Source: Clostridia bacterium (lineage in GTDB: Bacteria > Bacillota > Clostridia > Oscillospirales > CAG-272). From it: DNA of 52,406 bases. Each line of letters begins with the position of its first letter. The stretch's first letter is position 1. Positions 1 to 8,730 of this stretch are shown here, one piece after another. The translations under genes were made by a program, and so were the position numbers. The stretch is taken from the NCBI GenBank assembly GCA_017482495.1, contig JAFUMU010000045.1, positions 1 through 52,406 of the forward strand, written 5' to 3'. The notes below the pieces were generated by a model, which worked only from the letters and a program-made list of their open reading frames with translations, was not told where the DNA came from and searched no databases.

Positions 1-11
1 CTGTCAAGTAC

Positions 12-48
12 GGATTGTTTACAGTTTGTTCGGGAGGATTGTTTACAC
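12..48. repeat. IS left terminal inverted repeat
   Basis: Matches the reverse complement of 1251-1287. Contains two tandem GGATTGTTTACA half-sites. Confidence 0.75.
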
Positions 49-50
49 TT

Positions 51-1199
51 TTATCTACGGTAAATTCTTTTTGAAATAATCTTTTTCTCTTCTGTGTCAA
101 CCTTTGCTATGGCGAATTCGCCATAGCAAAGGTTGACACTTTTTTCGCTCGTTGGTACTATTTCTATATACTTGTTAATCAAACTGTCGCTTAAAAAATA
201 CCTGTGTTTGTCAATAGATATATATCCCTTGTAGTTTACTTTTCTTAACGTTTTCCCTGTATCATATTCGGGTTCTTGCGGGTTTTCTATGTATTCTCTT
301 TTGCTTGGCTTGTAGTGTTTAGCCGGTACGTCTAACCCCAATGATTCATGTGGTCGTTCATAATTGTAACAATATCTAAATTTATCAAATTCTTCTTGAG
401 CATGATCCAGGTCTCTCAAAATCGTACGTTTAAGTACATCTTCCTTCAGAGTTCGGTGAAAGCGCTCATCTTTGCCTTGCGTTTGAGGATGTAATATTCG
501 TCCGTGTATAGGTAACACATTCATTTGCATCATCCATACATCAAACATTGTATATCCCTTTCCTCCGCTTCCCCACGGATTTCCATTATCGCTTAATATC
601 GATTTAGGTAATCCATACTCTCTAAATACAGTTACTAAGCAGTTTTTTGTTGGTAACCACCGCTCGTTGTCTTTTGCATTTATGCATAACGAAAAACGCG
701 AACAATCGTCTAAGATCGTCATTGGGTAGCAGATAATTCCATTGCTTAAGCCGAAATTTCCCTTGTGGTCCATCTGCCACATTTCGTTTGGTTCTTCTTT
801 TTCAAATCTTTTCCATGGAGTGTGCGCATCTGATGCTTCTTTTGATATGCAATTATTTCGTTTTAATATATCTGCTATCGTACTGGTTGCCGGCAGCTCT
901 ACAAATCCTTTGTTTTCAAGTGACCGTTTTATTTTTCTCGGCCCCCATGTAGGGTGTTCTTCTCTTGTGTACAGAATCAGCTCTTCTTTTTCAACGGAGG
1001 TTTTTCTTGGCTTGAAGTATGCTTCATGAGACTTATCTTCTAAACCTTCTCCATTTTTGAATCGTGCGATCCATTTGTATGCCGTTGGTCTGCTTATTCC
1101 GTATTCGCGGCATAGCTCACTCAAACTCGTTTCTTTTTGAATGACTTTTTGAATGAATTCTTTTCTTGTTTTTTCCACAGTTTTGTTCTCCCACGGCAT
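51..1199 (-). CDS. DDE transposase (rve integrase core with N-terminal HTH), IS481-like
   Basis: 382 aa. N-terminal HTH (LSELCREYGISRPTAYKWIARF). Integrase-core motifs WQMDHK, LSDNGNPW, GKDERFHRTLKE and RPHESLG. Single-ORF organisation. Confidence 0.9.
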   Translation of the reverse strand: MPWENKTVEKTRKEFIQKVIQKETSLSELCREYGISRPTAYKWIARFKNGEGLEDKSHEAYFKPRKTSVEKEELILYTREEHPTWGPRKIKRSLENKGFVELPATSTIADILKRNNCISKEASDAHTPWKRFEKEEPNEMWQMDHKGNFGLSNGIICYPMTILDDCSRFSLCINAKDNERWLPTKNCLVTVFREYGLPKSILSDNGNPWGSGGKGYTMFDVWMMQMNVLPIHGRILHPQTQGKDERFHRTLKEDVLKRTILRDLDHAQEEFDKFRYCYNYERPHESLGLDVPAKHYKPSKREYIENPQEPEYDTGKTLRKVNYKGYISIDKHRYFLSDSLINKYIEIVPTSEKSVNLCYGEFAIAKVDTEEKKIISKRIYRR

Positions 1200-1250
1200 T
1201 TAAAACACTTCCTTTTTCTGCATTTTATTTGCCTTTATTTTATCACAAAA

Positions 1251-1287
1251 CTGTAAACCATCCTCCCGTACATTCTGTAAACAATCC
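1251..1287. repeat. IS right terminal inverted repeat
   Basis: Its reverse complement aligns with 12-48 at about 30/37 positions. Confidence 0.75.
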
Positions 1288-1319
1288 TACCATACTATAC
1301 AATTCCCCCCGGACCCCCT

Positions 1320-1636
1320 TTCAGAGAACTTTGAATATGGGTGAATGTAATATTGTGCGCAGAACGAGCGCGCATTCCCGTATGCGACGCAGGTCGCACA
1401 GAAAAGCAAAGGATATTAAAAAAGGAAGCTCGTTTCCTTTTTTAATATCCTTTGCTTTTCTTTATCCCCAATGCACAGCATTGGGGCGGGAATGCTAACC
1501 TATCTTATGCTGCTCCGAATACCGTTTCGCTTCAGAATATTCTAACCACCCAAATACGCGTTTGTTTAAAAGGTTTGGAGGGGCGTGGGGGACCTTTCCT
1601 TAAAAGGTCCCCCACAAAACAAAAAAACAAAAAAAC
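1320..1636 (+). repeat. Structured intergenic repeat, copy A (partner 14989-15198 on the opposite strand)
   Basis: Conserved box TTCAGAGAACTTTGAATA(..)AATGTAAT at 1320-1350. Perfect 26-bp hairpin (arms 1402-1427 and 1434-1459, loop GCTCGT). Second hairpin 1466-1486. GCGTGGGGG block with hairpin 1587-1613. A7CA7 run. The same blocks occur in the same order in copy B read on the minus strand. Confidence 0.7.
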
Positions 1637-1662
1637 ATGGGGACTCTATGCAGAGTCCCCAT
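1615..1662 (-). terminator. Intrinsic terminator downstream of the aldolase gene
   Basis: On the minus strand: ATGGGGACTCT-GCAT-AGAGTCCCCAT hairpin (1637-1662) followed by GTTTTTTTGTTTTTTT. Confidence 0.8.
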
Positions 1663-1676
1663 ATAAAAATTCAAGC

Positions 1677-2525
1677 TTAGATCTTGCCGCGGGAGCCGCA
1701 AACATCGATCTTGTGGAGGCAGAGCTCGCGAACAGCGTCTCTTGCCTTACCCATATACTTCTTGGGGTCGATAATGGACTGGTCAACCAGCGCCTCACGA
1801 ACTGCCTTTGTAGCAGCCGCACGAAGCTCTGTTGCATAGTTTACCTTATTGATACCAAGCTCGATTGTTCTCTTTATCATTTCATCGGGAATACCGGAAC
1901 CGCCGTGAAGAACAAGGGGACAGTCGATCATATCCTTGATCTTTGCAAGAAGCTCAAAGTTAAGCTTAGGCTCGCCCTTATAGAAGCCATGTGCTGTACC
2001 GATAGCGATCGCAAAGATATCAATACCTGTGCGTGTGAAGAAATCAAGAGCCTCATCGGGATCTGTGTAAGCAATATCAGCGCTGTGGCCGTCTTCTTTA
2101 CCGCCTACTGTACCAAGCTCGGATTCAACTGTGATGCCCAGAGGACGCGCTTTTGCAACTACCTTCTGAGTTACAGCGATATTTTCCTCATAAGGGAGCT
2201 TGGAAGCATCGATCATAACAGAAGAATAGCCTGCATCGATAGCTGCTGCAACAGCCTCATAGCTTTCGCAATGGTCAAGATGGAGAGATACGGGAACAGT
2301 TGCCGCCTCTGCGTCTGCCTTTACCATAGCTACTGCCTGACGGAGAGTTATATACTTAACTGTAGAGGGAGTAGTCTGGATCATTACGGGAGATCTTGCT
2401 TCTTCAGCCGCCTCGATGATAGCCTGAACCATTTCAAGGTTTTCTGCATTGAATGCAGGAACTGCATAGCCGCCACGGCGAGCCTCGAGGATCATTTCTT
2501 TACTTGTAGTGTACATTTCAATCAA
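1677..2525 (-). CDS. Class II (metal-dependent) ketose/fructose-bisphosphate aldolase family
   Basis: 282 aa. Motifs AVPAFN, SLHLDH and LVLHGGSG. The length and layout are typical of FbaA/GatY/KbaY/IolJ-type aldolases. Confidence 0.9.
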   Translation of the reverse strand: MIEMYTTSKEMILEARRGGYAVPAFNAENLEMVQAIIEAAEEARSPVMIQTTPSTVKYITLRQAVAMVKADAEAATVPVSLHLDHCESYEAVAAAIDAGYSSVMIDASKLPYEENIAVTQKVVAKARPLGITVESELGTVGGKEDGHSADIAYTDPDEALDFFTRTGIDIFAIAIGTAHGFYKGEPKLNFELLAKIKDMIDCPLVLHGGSGIPDEMIKRTIELGINKVNYATELRAAATKAVREALVDQSIIDPKKYMGKARDAVRELCLHKIDVCGSRGKI

Positions 2526-2585
2526 GTCCTTTCAAGTATGTTTAATTTAGAGGATGGGAATATTTAAAAAAGCCTCTCCTCGTTC

Positions 2586-3533
2586 TTATTCCATAATATT
2601 ATCTTCGATCATCTTAGTCACGTTCTCAATGGATATCTTACCCTCCATAGGACCGAACGCACCGGTGTTGAGAGAAGCGGCCGCAGTTGCCCACTTAGCG
2701 GCATCAAGGAGATTCTTACCGTCAAGGAGTCCGCAGAGGAATGCGCCGTCGAAGCTGTCGCCTGCGCCTGTTGCATCAACGGGCTCGATAGCGTAAACGC
2801 CGAATTCGATTCTTTCTTCTCTGGAGTAGATGATGCAGCCCTTCTTACCGTTCTTAAGAACGATAAGCTCAAGCAGAGGCTTTGTATCAAACAGCGCCTT
2901 TACAGCCTCCTCAATATCCTCGCAGCCGGAGAGCATACGAAGCTCACTCTTACCGGGCATAAACACGCTTGTCTTATCAAGAACTGCCGCAACAAGGTCA
3001 AGAGCCTCAGGATCCTTAAGGAGCTCGGGACGAATATTGGGGTCAAATGAAACCTTTGCACCCTTATCGAATGCTCTTGTCATTGTATCAACGATCTTAC
3101 GTCCGAACTCAAGGTTTGCCATAAGGGAGCATCCCATTACGTGGAAATACTTAAGTCCTTCAAGCTTTTCATCAGCAGGAGCGGGAGCAAGAACTGCAGG
3201 AGTATTACCAATATGGAAAATGAACTTTCTGTCGCCGTTAGCAAAGTATGTAACGAAGGCACAGCCTGTGGAAATTCTGTCATTCTTGATGATATTGGAG
3301 CAATCAACTCCGTCACCCTCAAGTCTGTCAAGGAGGCACTTACCGAAATCATCATCGCCTACGCCGCCTACGATAGCTGCCTTATGGCCAAGTCTTGCAA
3401 CTGTGTCGATAAAGATAGCAGGTGCACCGGAGGGGTAAGGACCCTTAAATGTTTCAGCCTTGTCAAGGGGCTTATCAACGCCGTCACGCATGATCTCAAC
3501 GATGATCTCGCCCATAGTCATAATTTCTGCCAT
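2586..3533 (-). CDS. PfkB/ribokinase-family sugar kinase (substrate not assignable)
   Basis: 315 aa. C-terminal DATGAGDSFDGAF motif of PfkB kinases. Lies 60 nt upstream of the aldolase on the same strand. Confidence 0.85.
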   Translation of the reverse strand: MAEIMTMGEIIVEIMRDGVDKPLDKAETFKGPYPSGAPAIFIDTVARLGHKAAIVGGVGDDDFGKCLLDRLEGDGVDCSNIIKNDRISTGCAFVTYFANGDRKFIFHIGNTPAVLAPAPADEKLEGLKYFHVMGCSLMANLEFGRKIVDTMTRAFDKGAKVSFDPNIRPELLKDPEALDLVAAVLDKTSVFMPGKSELRMLSGCEDIEEAVKALFDTKPLLELIVLKNGKKGCIIYSREERIEFGVYAIEPVDATGAGDSFDGAFLCGLLDGKNLLDAAKWATAAASLNTGAFGPMEGKISIENVTKMIEDNIME

Positions 3534-3558
3534 GGTCTTATATCTCCTTAGTTATTTA

Positions 3559-4431
3559 TTATGCGTTCAGCTTGCTTCTGAGGAAGTTTACTGCATTTGT
3601 CATCATCTCGTCCATCTTATCTGCATCGGCACCGCCGGAGAGATCTCTCCAAACCTTAATAGCAGGGCCTACCTCGCCACCTACGAGAAGGAAGGGCTCC
3701 ATGACTACCTTACCATCGTAGTTGATATCGCGGAGGGCCTGTCCGATCTCGTCCCAAGGCATATGACCTGTACCGGGAAGCATACGGTTTGCTTCACCAA
3801 CGTGAACGTGAGCAACCCAATCTCCTCCGCGGCGGAGAACTGAGGGAATATCCTCAACCTCTTCAATATTCATATGGAACGTATCAAGCAGGAGCTTAAC
3901 GGACTTCTTGCCAACTCTCTCGCAGAATGCAATACCCTCATCAAGAGTATTGATCATGCAGGACTCAAATCTGTTAAGGATCTCAAGAGCGATCGTAAGA
4001 CCCAGCTTATCAGCGTGGTCACCAACGATCTTCATACCTTCAACGGCACGTGCAAGGAGAGCCTCCTTATCAGTGTCAACAAAATCATATGGCCAGTGAT
4101 TATAGCAAGCTCCGATGAGAATGGGGCAATCGATCTTAACCATCTGGTCAAGAATAGCGCAAAGGAACTCTACGCCTGCTGCATGAACTGTGGGATCTGC
4201 GCTGCAAATATCCTTATCCTTGGGAGGGCCGAGGTTTGCAGAGATCTGAAGGCCCAGGTCCTTAGCTGTTACGCGAAGCTCTTCAAGCTCTGCATCGCTC
4301 ATATTTACAAGGTCGCCTGCGCCTACCTCGAGAACGTCGAGGCCGCACTTCTTAGCTCTGTGGCAAAGCTCAACATAGTTTACGTTCCATGTGTTGCCCC
4401 AGTAAGCAAAATGTGTACCGATTTTCATCAT
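3559..4431 (-). CDS. Ketose 3-epimerase family (D-psicose/D-tagatose 3-epimerase-like), xylose-isomerase-like TIM barrel
   Basis: 290 aa. Alignable from memory along its length with characterised D-psicose 3-epimerases: LEILNRFE, LLDTFHMNIEE, HVHVGEANR..PGTGHMPW, VVMEPF, KVWRD..GGAD. Confidence 0.8.
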   Translation of the reverse strand: MMKIGTHFAYWGNTWNVNYVELCHRAKKCGLDVLEVGAGDLVNMSDAELEELRVTAKDLGLQISANLGPPKDKDICSADPTVHAAGVEFLCAILDQMVKIDCPILIGACYNHWPYDFVDTDKEALLARAVEGMKIVGDHADKLGLTIALEILNRFESCMINTLDEGIAFCERVGKKSVKLLLDTFHMNIEEVEDIPSVLRRGGDWVAHVHVGEANRMLPGTGHMPWDEIGQALRDINYDGKVVMEPFLLVGGEVGPAIKVWRDLSGGADADKMDEMMTNAVNFLRSKLNA

Positions 4432-4461
4432 AGTGTTATATCTCCTTATATATATTATTTT

Positions 4462-6639
4462 TTATTCAACAAATCCGTAAACAAGCTCGCAGGGAGACTT
4501 GTCGGCATCGAATTCTGCCGAAATACCTATCTTCTGATAGGTAGTTCTGATTCCGGTGCGGTTTACAAAGTTGTACCAATCCTGATATTCGCCCTTGTAT
4601 GCTGCTTTCTGCTCTGCTGTACCGTTAACATATTCATCCTGATAACGTGCATCCAAGTTAAGGAATCTCATATGAGCAGACGCCTTTGTAATGTTTTCTC
4701 TCTGCCAATCGCTTTCTGCTGCAAGCAGTGCATTTGCATATAGCTCCTTCATTTCTTCGCCATGAACATTGAAATACTCTCTGGAATACATCTCAAAAGG
4801 ATGGTTGTATTCAGTTACATAGCATCCCATAGTGCTGCCGGCTTCCTCAAGCATTACAAGGTAATCATAAATATTCTCCCAACCGGGACCGTAATAATAC
4901 TCAAGATATTCAGCAATAAGCTCCTTGTATTCATCCTCCGTTATATCCTTATCCCACATCATTTCGGAAAGAAGGAATGCATTAAGACCGTCGAAGGCAT
5001 CGTTTGCCGTTCCTACAACGTAGAATCCCACAGCCTTGTGCTCCATAAACCATCTCATATCGTGGTAAATATTAAAGGTATTGCAAAGAGGAGCCAAGCT
5101 ATAATAAATGTTAGTAGGGTAATACCATATGTATGTCTGTGAGCAATGCTCCAACCAGCCAAGGTAATACCTCTGTTCTGCTGTATTACTTCCAAGGACA
5201 ACAGGATCGCCGTTATAATCCTTTTCCATACTTACGACACCTGCAGAATCACAATCGCAGCTTTCTATAGTATGATTTATACAACCGTTCCAACAATACA
5301 GAAGGATAACGTCGTCGTTAAGGCTTCTTTTCTGAGGAGGAACTCTCGTTCCGCCGTAAGCATTTGTAATAACGGTCAATTTATCATCATAGCGCTCGTC
5401 AATGGCATCATCGATCTTATTTACAAAATCAACCAGGGTTCCTGTATATGTACCCTCTTCTTTGTAAACCTTACGGCAATTTATACATGTACAATACTTG
5501 ATAAACGGAGCATATGAACAGGATATCTCTGTGAGCTCCTTGCCCAACTGCTGTCCCCATGACATTCTTTCGTCAATGAGCTTACACATATTCATCAGGC
5601 ATTCATCATACTTACTGAGATATAAATATTCTCCTGTATCAGGATCAACTGCCAAAACAGGTTCTCCTGTTTCGGGATCTACTGTGGTGATCCACTCACC
5701 GGTCTCAGGATCCTCATAGCCTTCATATTCGGATACAAAGTCTGTAAGACAGTATGTTGCTACTCCGTTATACGGAACAACGCTGGGAATAAACACATCA
5801 AAGGAGTGTGCATTCACCCAAATTCGACCTACTCCGTAGCCATACCTTGCATCATTAAGACTGTGAGCCACAGAGGAACCACTAAGCTTTCTCTTGATTA
5901 TTGCACTGTATGTATATTCATTATGATAGGGATCTACACAGTTACATCTGTAAAGTGTATCTGGGATCTGAGTATCCTCAAGTCCTTCGGGTATCCTGAA
6001 GCCCTCGTCCTTAGGTACTCTTACATCCTCATAACCGAAGAATCGGAAACCCATATACTCCTCAAGAAGCTCATAAACTGCGTACATTGAACCTCTGAGC
6101 GCACCTGCAGTAATAACAAGCTGACCGTCCTCAACAACGATAGCGAAGCCATCATTACCAAGAGCATCCGAGTCATCCTCGCAGAGGATCACTTTAAGCT
6201 CTGCATCGCTTTCGTTCTCAACGATGGGAAGCTCCTTGTCGGTAGCCATTTTTACATACTTCTGAAGCTCTTCGGCCGCGAAAAGCATATTGGCATTATC
6301 AGGATTTGTTACAACGATCGTGTAATTACCAATATCGTTACCTGCGATAGTATGTATGGAGCAGACCTGAGTAAGATCCTCAACATCTGCAAGATGACGT
6401 TTGATGATTCGAAGATCCTTAGCATTGACCTTGCCGTCAGCGTTGAGATCCGCCGCATCAAAGCTTTCAAGCTCACCGGCACCGGCACAGTAAAGTCTTA
6501 TAGCCAAAGAATCCTTCATATCAACAGCACCGTCACCGTTGGCATCTCCGGCAACAAAGGTCCTTGAAGCAGCCGCAGGAAGAACTAAGCACCCTGCAAG
6601 AACCGAAACAAGAACAACTATAGATATGATTTTTTTCAT
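4462..6639 (-). CDS. Secreted dockerin-containing DUF4838-like protein (putative glycoside-hydrolase-related)
   Basis: 725 aa. Signal peptide MKKIISIVVLVSVLAGCLVLPAAA. Duplicated Ca-binding dockerin segments directly after it (GDANGDGAVDMKD...DLNADGKVNAKD). The remainder resembles DUF4838 proteins (RGSMYAVYELLEEYMGFRFF). RBS GGAGG upstream. Confidence 0.75.
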   Translation of the reverse strand: MKKIISIVVLVSVLAGCLVLPAAASRTFVAGDANGDGAVDMKDSLAIRLYCAGAGELESFDAADLNADGKVNAKDLRIIKRHLADVEDLTQVCSIHTIAGNDIGNYTIVVTNPDNANMLFAAEELQKYVKMATDKELPIVENESDAELKVILCEDDSDALGNDGFAIVVEDGQLVITAGALRGSMYAVYELLEEYMGFRFFGYEDVRVPKDEGFRIPEGLEDTQIPDTLYRCNCVDPYHNEYTYSAIIKRKLSGSSVAHSLNDARYGYGVGRIWVNAHSFDVFIPSVVPYNGVATYCLTDFVSEYEGYEDPETGEWITTVDPETGEPVLAVDPDTGEYLYLSKYDECLMNMCKLIDERMSWGQQLGKELTEISCSYAPFIKYCTCINCRKVYKEEGTYTGTLVDFVNKIDDAIDERYDDKLTVITNAYGGTRVPPQKRSLNDDVILLYCWNGCINHTIESCDCDSAGVVSMEKDYNGDPVVLGSNTAEQRYYLGWLEHCSQTYIWYYPTNIYYSLAPLCNTFNIYHDMRWFMEHKAVGFYVVGTANDAFDGLNAFLLSEMMWDKDITEDEYKELIAEYLEYYYGPGWENIYDYLVMLEEAGSTMGCYVTEYNHPFEMYSREYFNVHGEEMKELYANALLAAESDWQRENITKASAHMRFLNLDARYQDEYVNGTAEQKAAYKGEYQDWYNFVNRTGIRTTYQKIGISAEFDADKSPCELVYGFVE

Positions 6640-6748
6640 TGCTTACCTCCGTATACTATTATCTACTGTAAATTATACTCTAAATACACGATTTTTTCAA
6701 TAGGATTTTTACTTAATAAACATAATTTACACAAGTTTTTGACCTTAG

Positions 6749-6777
6749 TTGACAATTTGTGAATAAAATGTTATAAT
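6749..6777 (+). promoter_or_regulatory. Sigma-70-type promoter (TTGACA-17-TATAAT, TGn extended)
   Basis: TTGACA at 6749-6754, 17-nt spacer ending in TGT, TATAAT at 6772-6777. Implies a 5' UTR of about 110 nt before the phosphatase gene. Confidence 0.6.
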
Positions 6778-6895
6778 GTATAACAATATAGTCGGCGGTA
6801 ATATATTACTTTACAATGCCACATAAATGCATTCAACAAAATGTACTGTAAACCACCGCCAAGCAAGCTGCTGCAAAGCGGCGATCGGAGGAAAG

Positions 6896-7630
6896 ATGAA
6901 GAACAAAAAAACTGAAAGCAATCCCTCCGCATCTCATAATTTGAGAAGTAACCCTATATACTTCTGCAATCCCATCCAAGCTGAGACTCTTCTTTCCGAG
7001 GGCAGAGACCTTCTTCTCTTCGTTCGTCACGGGTTAACTGATTGGAACGTTCAGATGCGTCTACAGGGACGCGAGGAAGTTCCTCTCAACGAAGCAGGAA
7101 AGGAACAGGCAAAAGAGTTGGCAGGACTTATCGGTAATGCCGGAAAAATCAGCAATATCTACACCTCTCCTCTTTCAAGGGCCAAGGATACAGCATCGAT
7201 CATCTCATCAGAGCTTAAATTAGATGCACCTATCATTCTTGAGGATCTTATCGAGAGAGATTACAGCGCACTTTCAGGACTTACCATGGCTGAAAGACGC
7301 GAGAGGTTTCCTTCCCCCAAGGATTATCCCGCTGATATTGAGAATACCACCAACGCAGCTCAAAGAATGAAAAAAGTGGCATTGGAGTTATATCTCAGAG
7401 AAGATAAGGAAAGTGGTATCACTGTAGCGGTTACTCACGGAGGAGTTATCAACTCTCTGTTCTCCTACCTGACACGCGGAAGAGCCGGTATGGGCAAAAA
7501 TGTTGCCAAAAACTGCTCTATCTCTGCTGTTGCTTCGGGTAAGGCTGATATCATCCCTCTTGCATTTAACCTGCAGTGTACGGATTTTATCAATTACATG
7601 AACAGTATCAAAGAAAACGAAAACAACTGA
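6896..7630 (+). CDS. Histidine phosphatase (phosphoglycerate-mutase-like) family protein
   Basis: RHG motif (LLFVRHGLTDWN) and later VTHGG. Start moved to the ATG at 6896 because GGAGGA lies 4 nt upstream. The ORF-track start at 6827 has no RBS. Confidence 0.8.
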   Translation: MKNKKTESNPSASHNLRSNPIYFCNPIQAETLLSEGRDLLLFVRHGLTDWNVQMRLQGREEVPLNEAGKEQAKELAGLIGNAGKISNIYTSPLSRAKDTASIISSELKLDAPIILEDLIERDYSALSGLTMAERRERFPSPKDYPADIENTTNAAQRMKKVALELYLREDKESGITVAVTHGGVINSLFSYLTRGRAGMGKNVAKNCSISAVASGKADIIPLAFNLQCTDFINYMNSIKENENN

Positions 7631-7723
7631 TTGCCGATTTTAGTTCGGCGATCAGTTGTTTTCGTTTATGTTCCTTTCAAACCGATGACAAATATGCGGG
7701 ACTTTCCTTAAAACCCCCAACAT

Positions 7724-7753
7724 AAGAAAAAAGAGGCTGGAAATCCAACCTCT
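7724..7753 (-). terminator. Intrinsic terminator after tsf
   Basis: Minus strand: AGAGGTTGG-ATTT-CCAGCCTCT hairpin followed by TTTTTTCTT. T-rich on the plus side as well. Confidence 0.7.
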
Positions 7754-7770
7754 TTTTGTTGTTTCGTTAA

Positions 7771-8694
7771 TTACTTAAGAAGTTCTGCGATCTCGTCGCC
7801 AAAGTTATCTTCCTTCTTCTCAAGACCTTCGCCCTTTTCGTAGAGGTAGAAGCTGTCGATTGCGATCTCGCCGCCGAAGTCCTTAGCGCACTTAGCAACG
7901 TACTGACCAACCTTCATGTCATCATCCTTAACGTAAGCCTGCTCTACGAGACATACTCTCTCATAGAACTTGCCGATCTTACCTGTTACCATCTTCTCGA
8001 TGATAGCCTCGGGCTTGTTAGCATTCTTCTCATCGTTCTTGATCTGAGCGATAAGGATAGCCTTCTCTTCCTCTACTGCGCTTGCAGGAACTTCGTCTCT
8101 GGAAACGTATGCAGGGGGGTTACCTGCTGCGATCTGGAGAGCGATGTTCTTTGCGAACTCAGCGAAGCCGGGGTTAGCTACTGCTGCATCGTCAGCGTTG
8201 AACTTAACGATAACGCCTGTGCCGCCATTACCGTGGATATATGTGGAAACAACACCGTCAACTACAACGAAACGGCGGATGTTCATGTTCTCACCGATTG
8301 TGAAGATCATGTCCTTAAGCTTTGCCTCAACTGTGAAGTTATCATCGTACTTCTCAGCAAGGAAAGCCTCTACGCTTGCAGGTCTTGTTGCAAGAATTGC
8401 CTTCTCAAGACCGCGAACGAATTCCTTGAATGTCTCGTTCTTAGCAACGAAGTCTGTCTCGGAGTTAACCTCGATCATAACTGCTGTGTTGCCTTCAACC
8501 ATAATATCTACTACGCCTTCAGCTGCAATTCTGCCTGCCTTCTTTGCTGCAACGGAAAGTCCCTTCTCACGAAGGATCTTTACTGCCTCATCGAAGTCAC
8601 CGTTTGCCTCGTTGAGTGCCTTCTTGCACTCCATCATGCCTACGCCTGTCTTTGCGCGAAGCTCAGATACCATCTTAGCTGTGATAGCTGCCAT
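7771..8694 (-). CDS. tsf: Translation elongation factor Ts
   Basis: 307 aa. N-terminal UBA-like MVSELRAKTGVGMMECKKAL and full-length EF-Ts similarity. Immediately downstream of rpsB. Confidence 0.95.
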   Translation of the reverse strand: MAAITAKMVSELRAKTGVGMMECKKALNEANGDFDEAVKILREKGLSVAAKKAGRIAAEGVVDIMVEGNTAVMIEVNSETDFVAKNETFKEFVRGLEKAILATRPASVEAFLAEKYDDNFTVEAKLKDMIFTIGENMNIRRFVVVDGVVSTYIHGNGGTGVIVKFNADDAAVANPGFAEFAKNIALQIAAGNPPAYVSRDEVPASAVEEEKAILIAQIKNDEKNANKPEAIIEKMVTGKIGKFYERVCLVEQAYVKDDDMKVGQYVAKCAKDFGGEIAIDSFYLYEKGEGLEKKEDNFGDEIAELLK

Positions 8695-8730
8695 TTTAAT
8701 ATCCTCCTGTTATTCGTTGATTTTATATAA

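Larger units (their letters stand above)
8..1291 (-). mobile_element. IS481-family-like insertion sequence (single transposase ORF plus terminal inverted repeats)
   Basis: Transposase ORF 51-1199 is bracketed by imperfect inverted repeats. 12-48 reads GGATTGTTTACAGTTTGTTCGGGAGGATTGTTTACAC. The reverse complement of 1251-1287 reads GGATTGTTTACAGAATGTACGGGAGGATGGTTTACAG (about 30/37 identical). Each end carries the GGATKGTTTACA motif twice. The left end lies about 10 nt from the window edge, so a target-site duplication cannot be judged. Confidence 0.8.

Noticed and set aside
1166-1498. 110-aa ORF spanning the IS end and repeat copy A
   Set aside because: It crosses the IS terminal repeat and the 26-bp perfect hairpin. 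The homologous copy B has no corresponding ORF.
1452-2567. 371-aa plus-strand ORF overlapping the aldolase gene and the intergenic repeat
   Set aside because: It is antisense to the class II aldolase and runs through terminator hairpins. It shows no coding features.
6778-6895. Possible riboswitch in the ~110-nt leader of the histidine phosphatase gene
   Set aside because: Only short complementary GC segments are seen (GGCGG/CCGCC). I could not recognise any known riboswitch core, and there is no terminator or anti-terminator pair.
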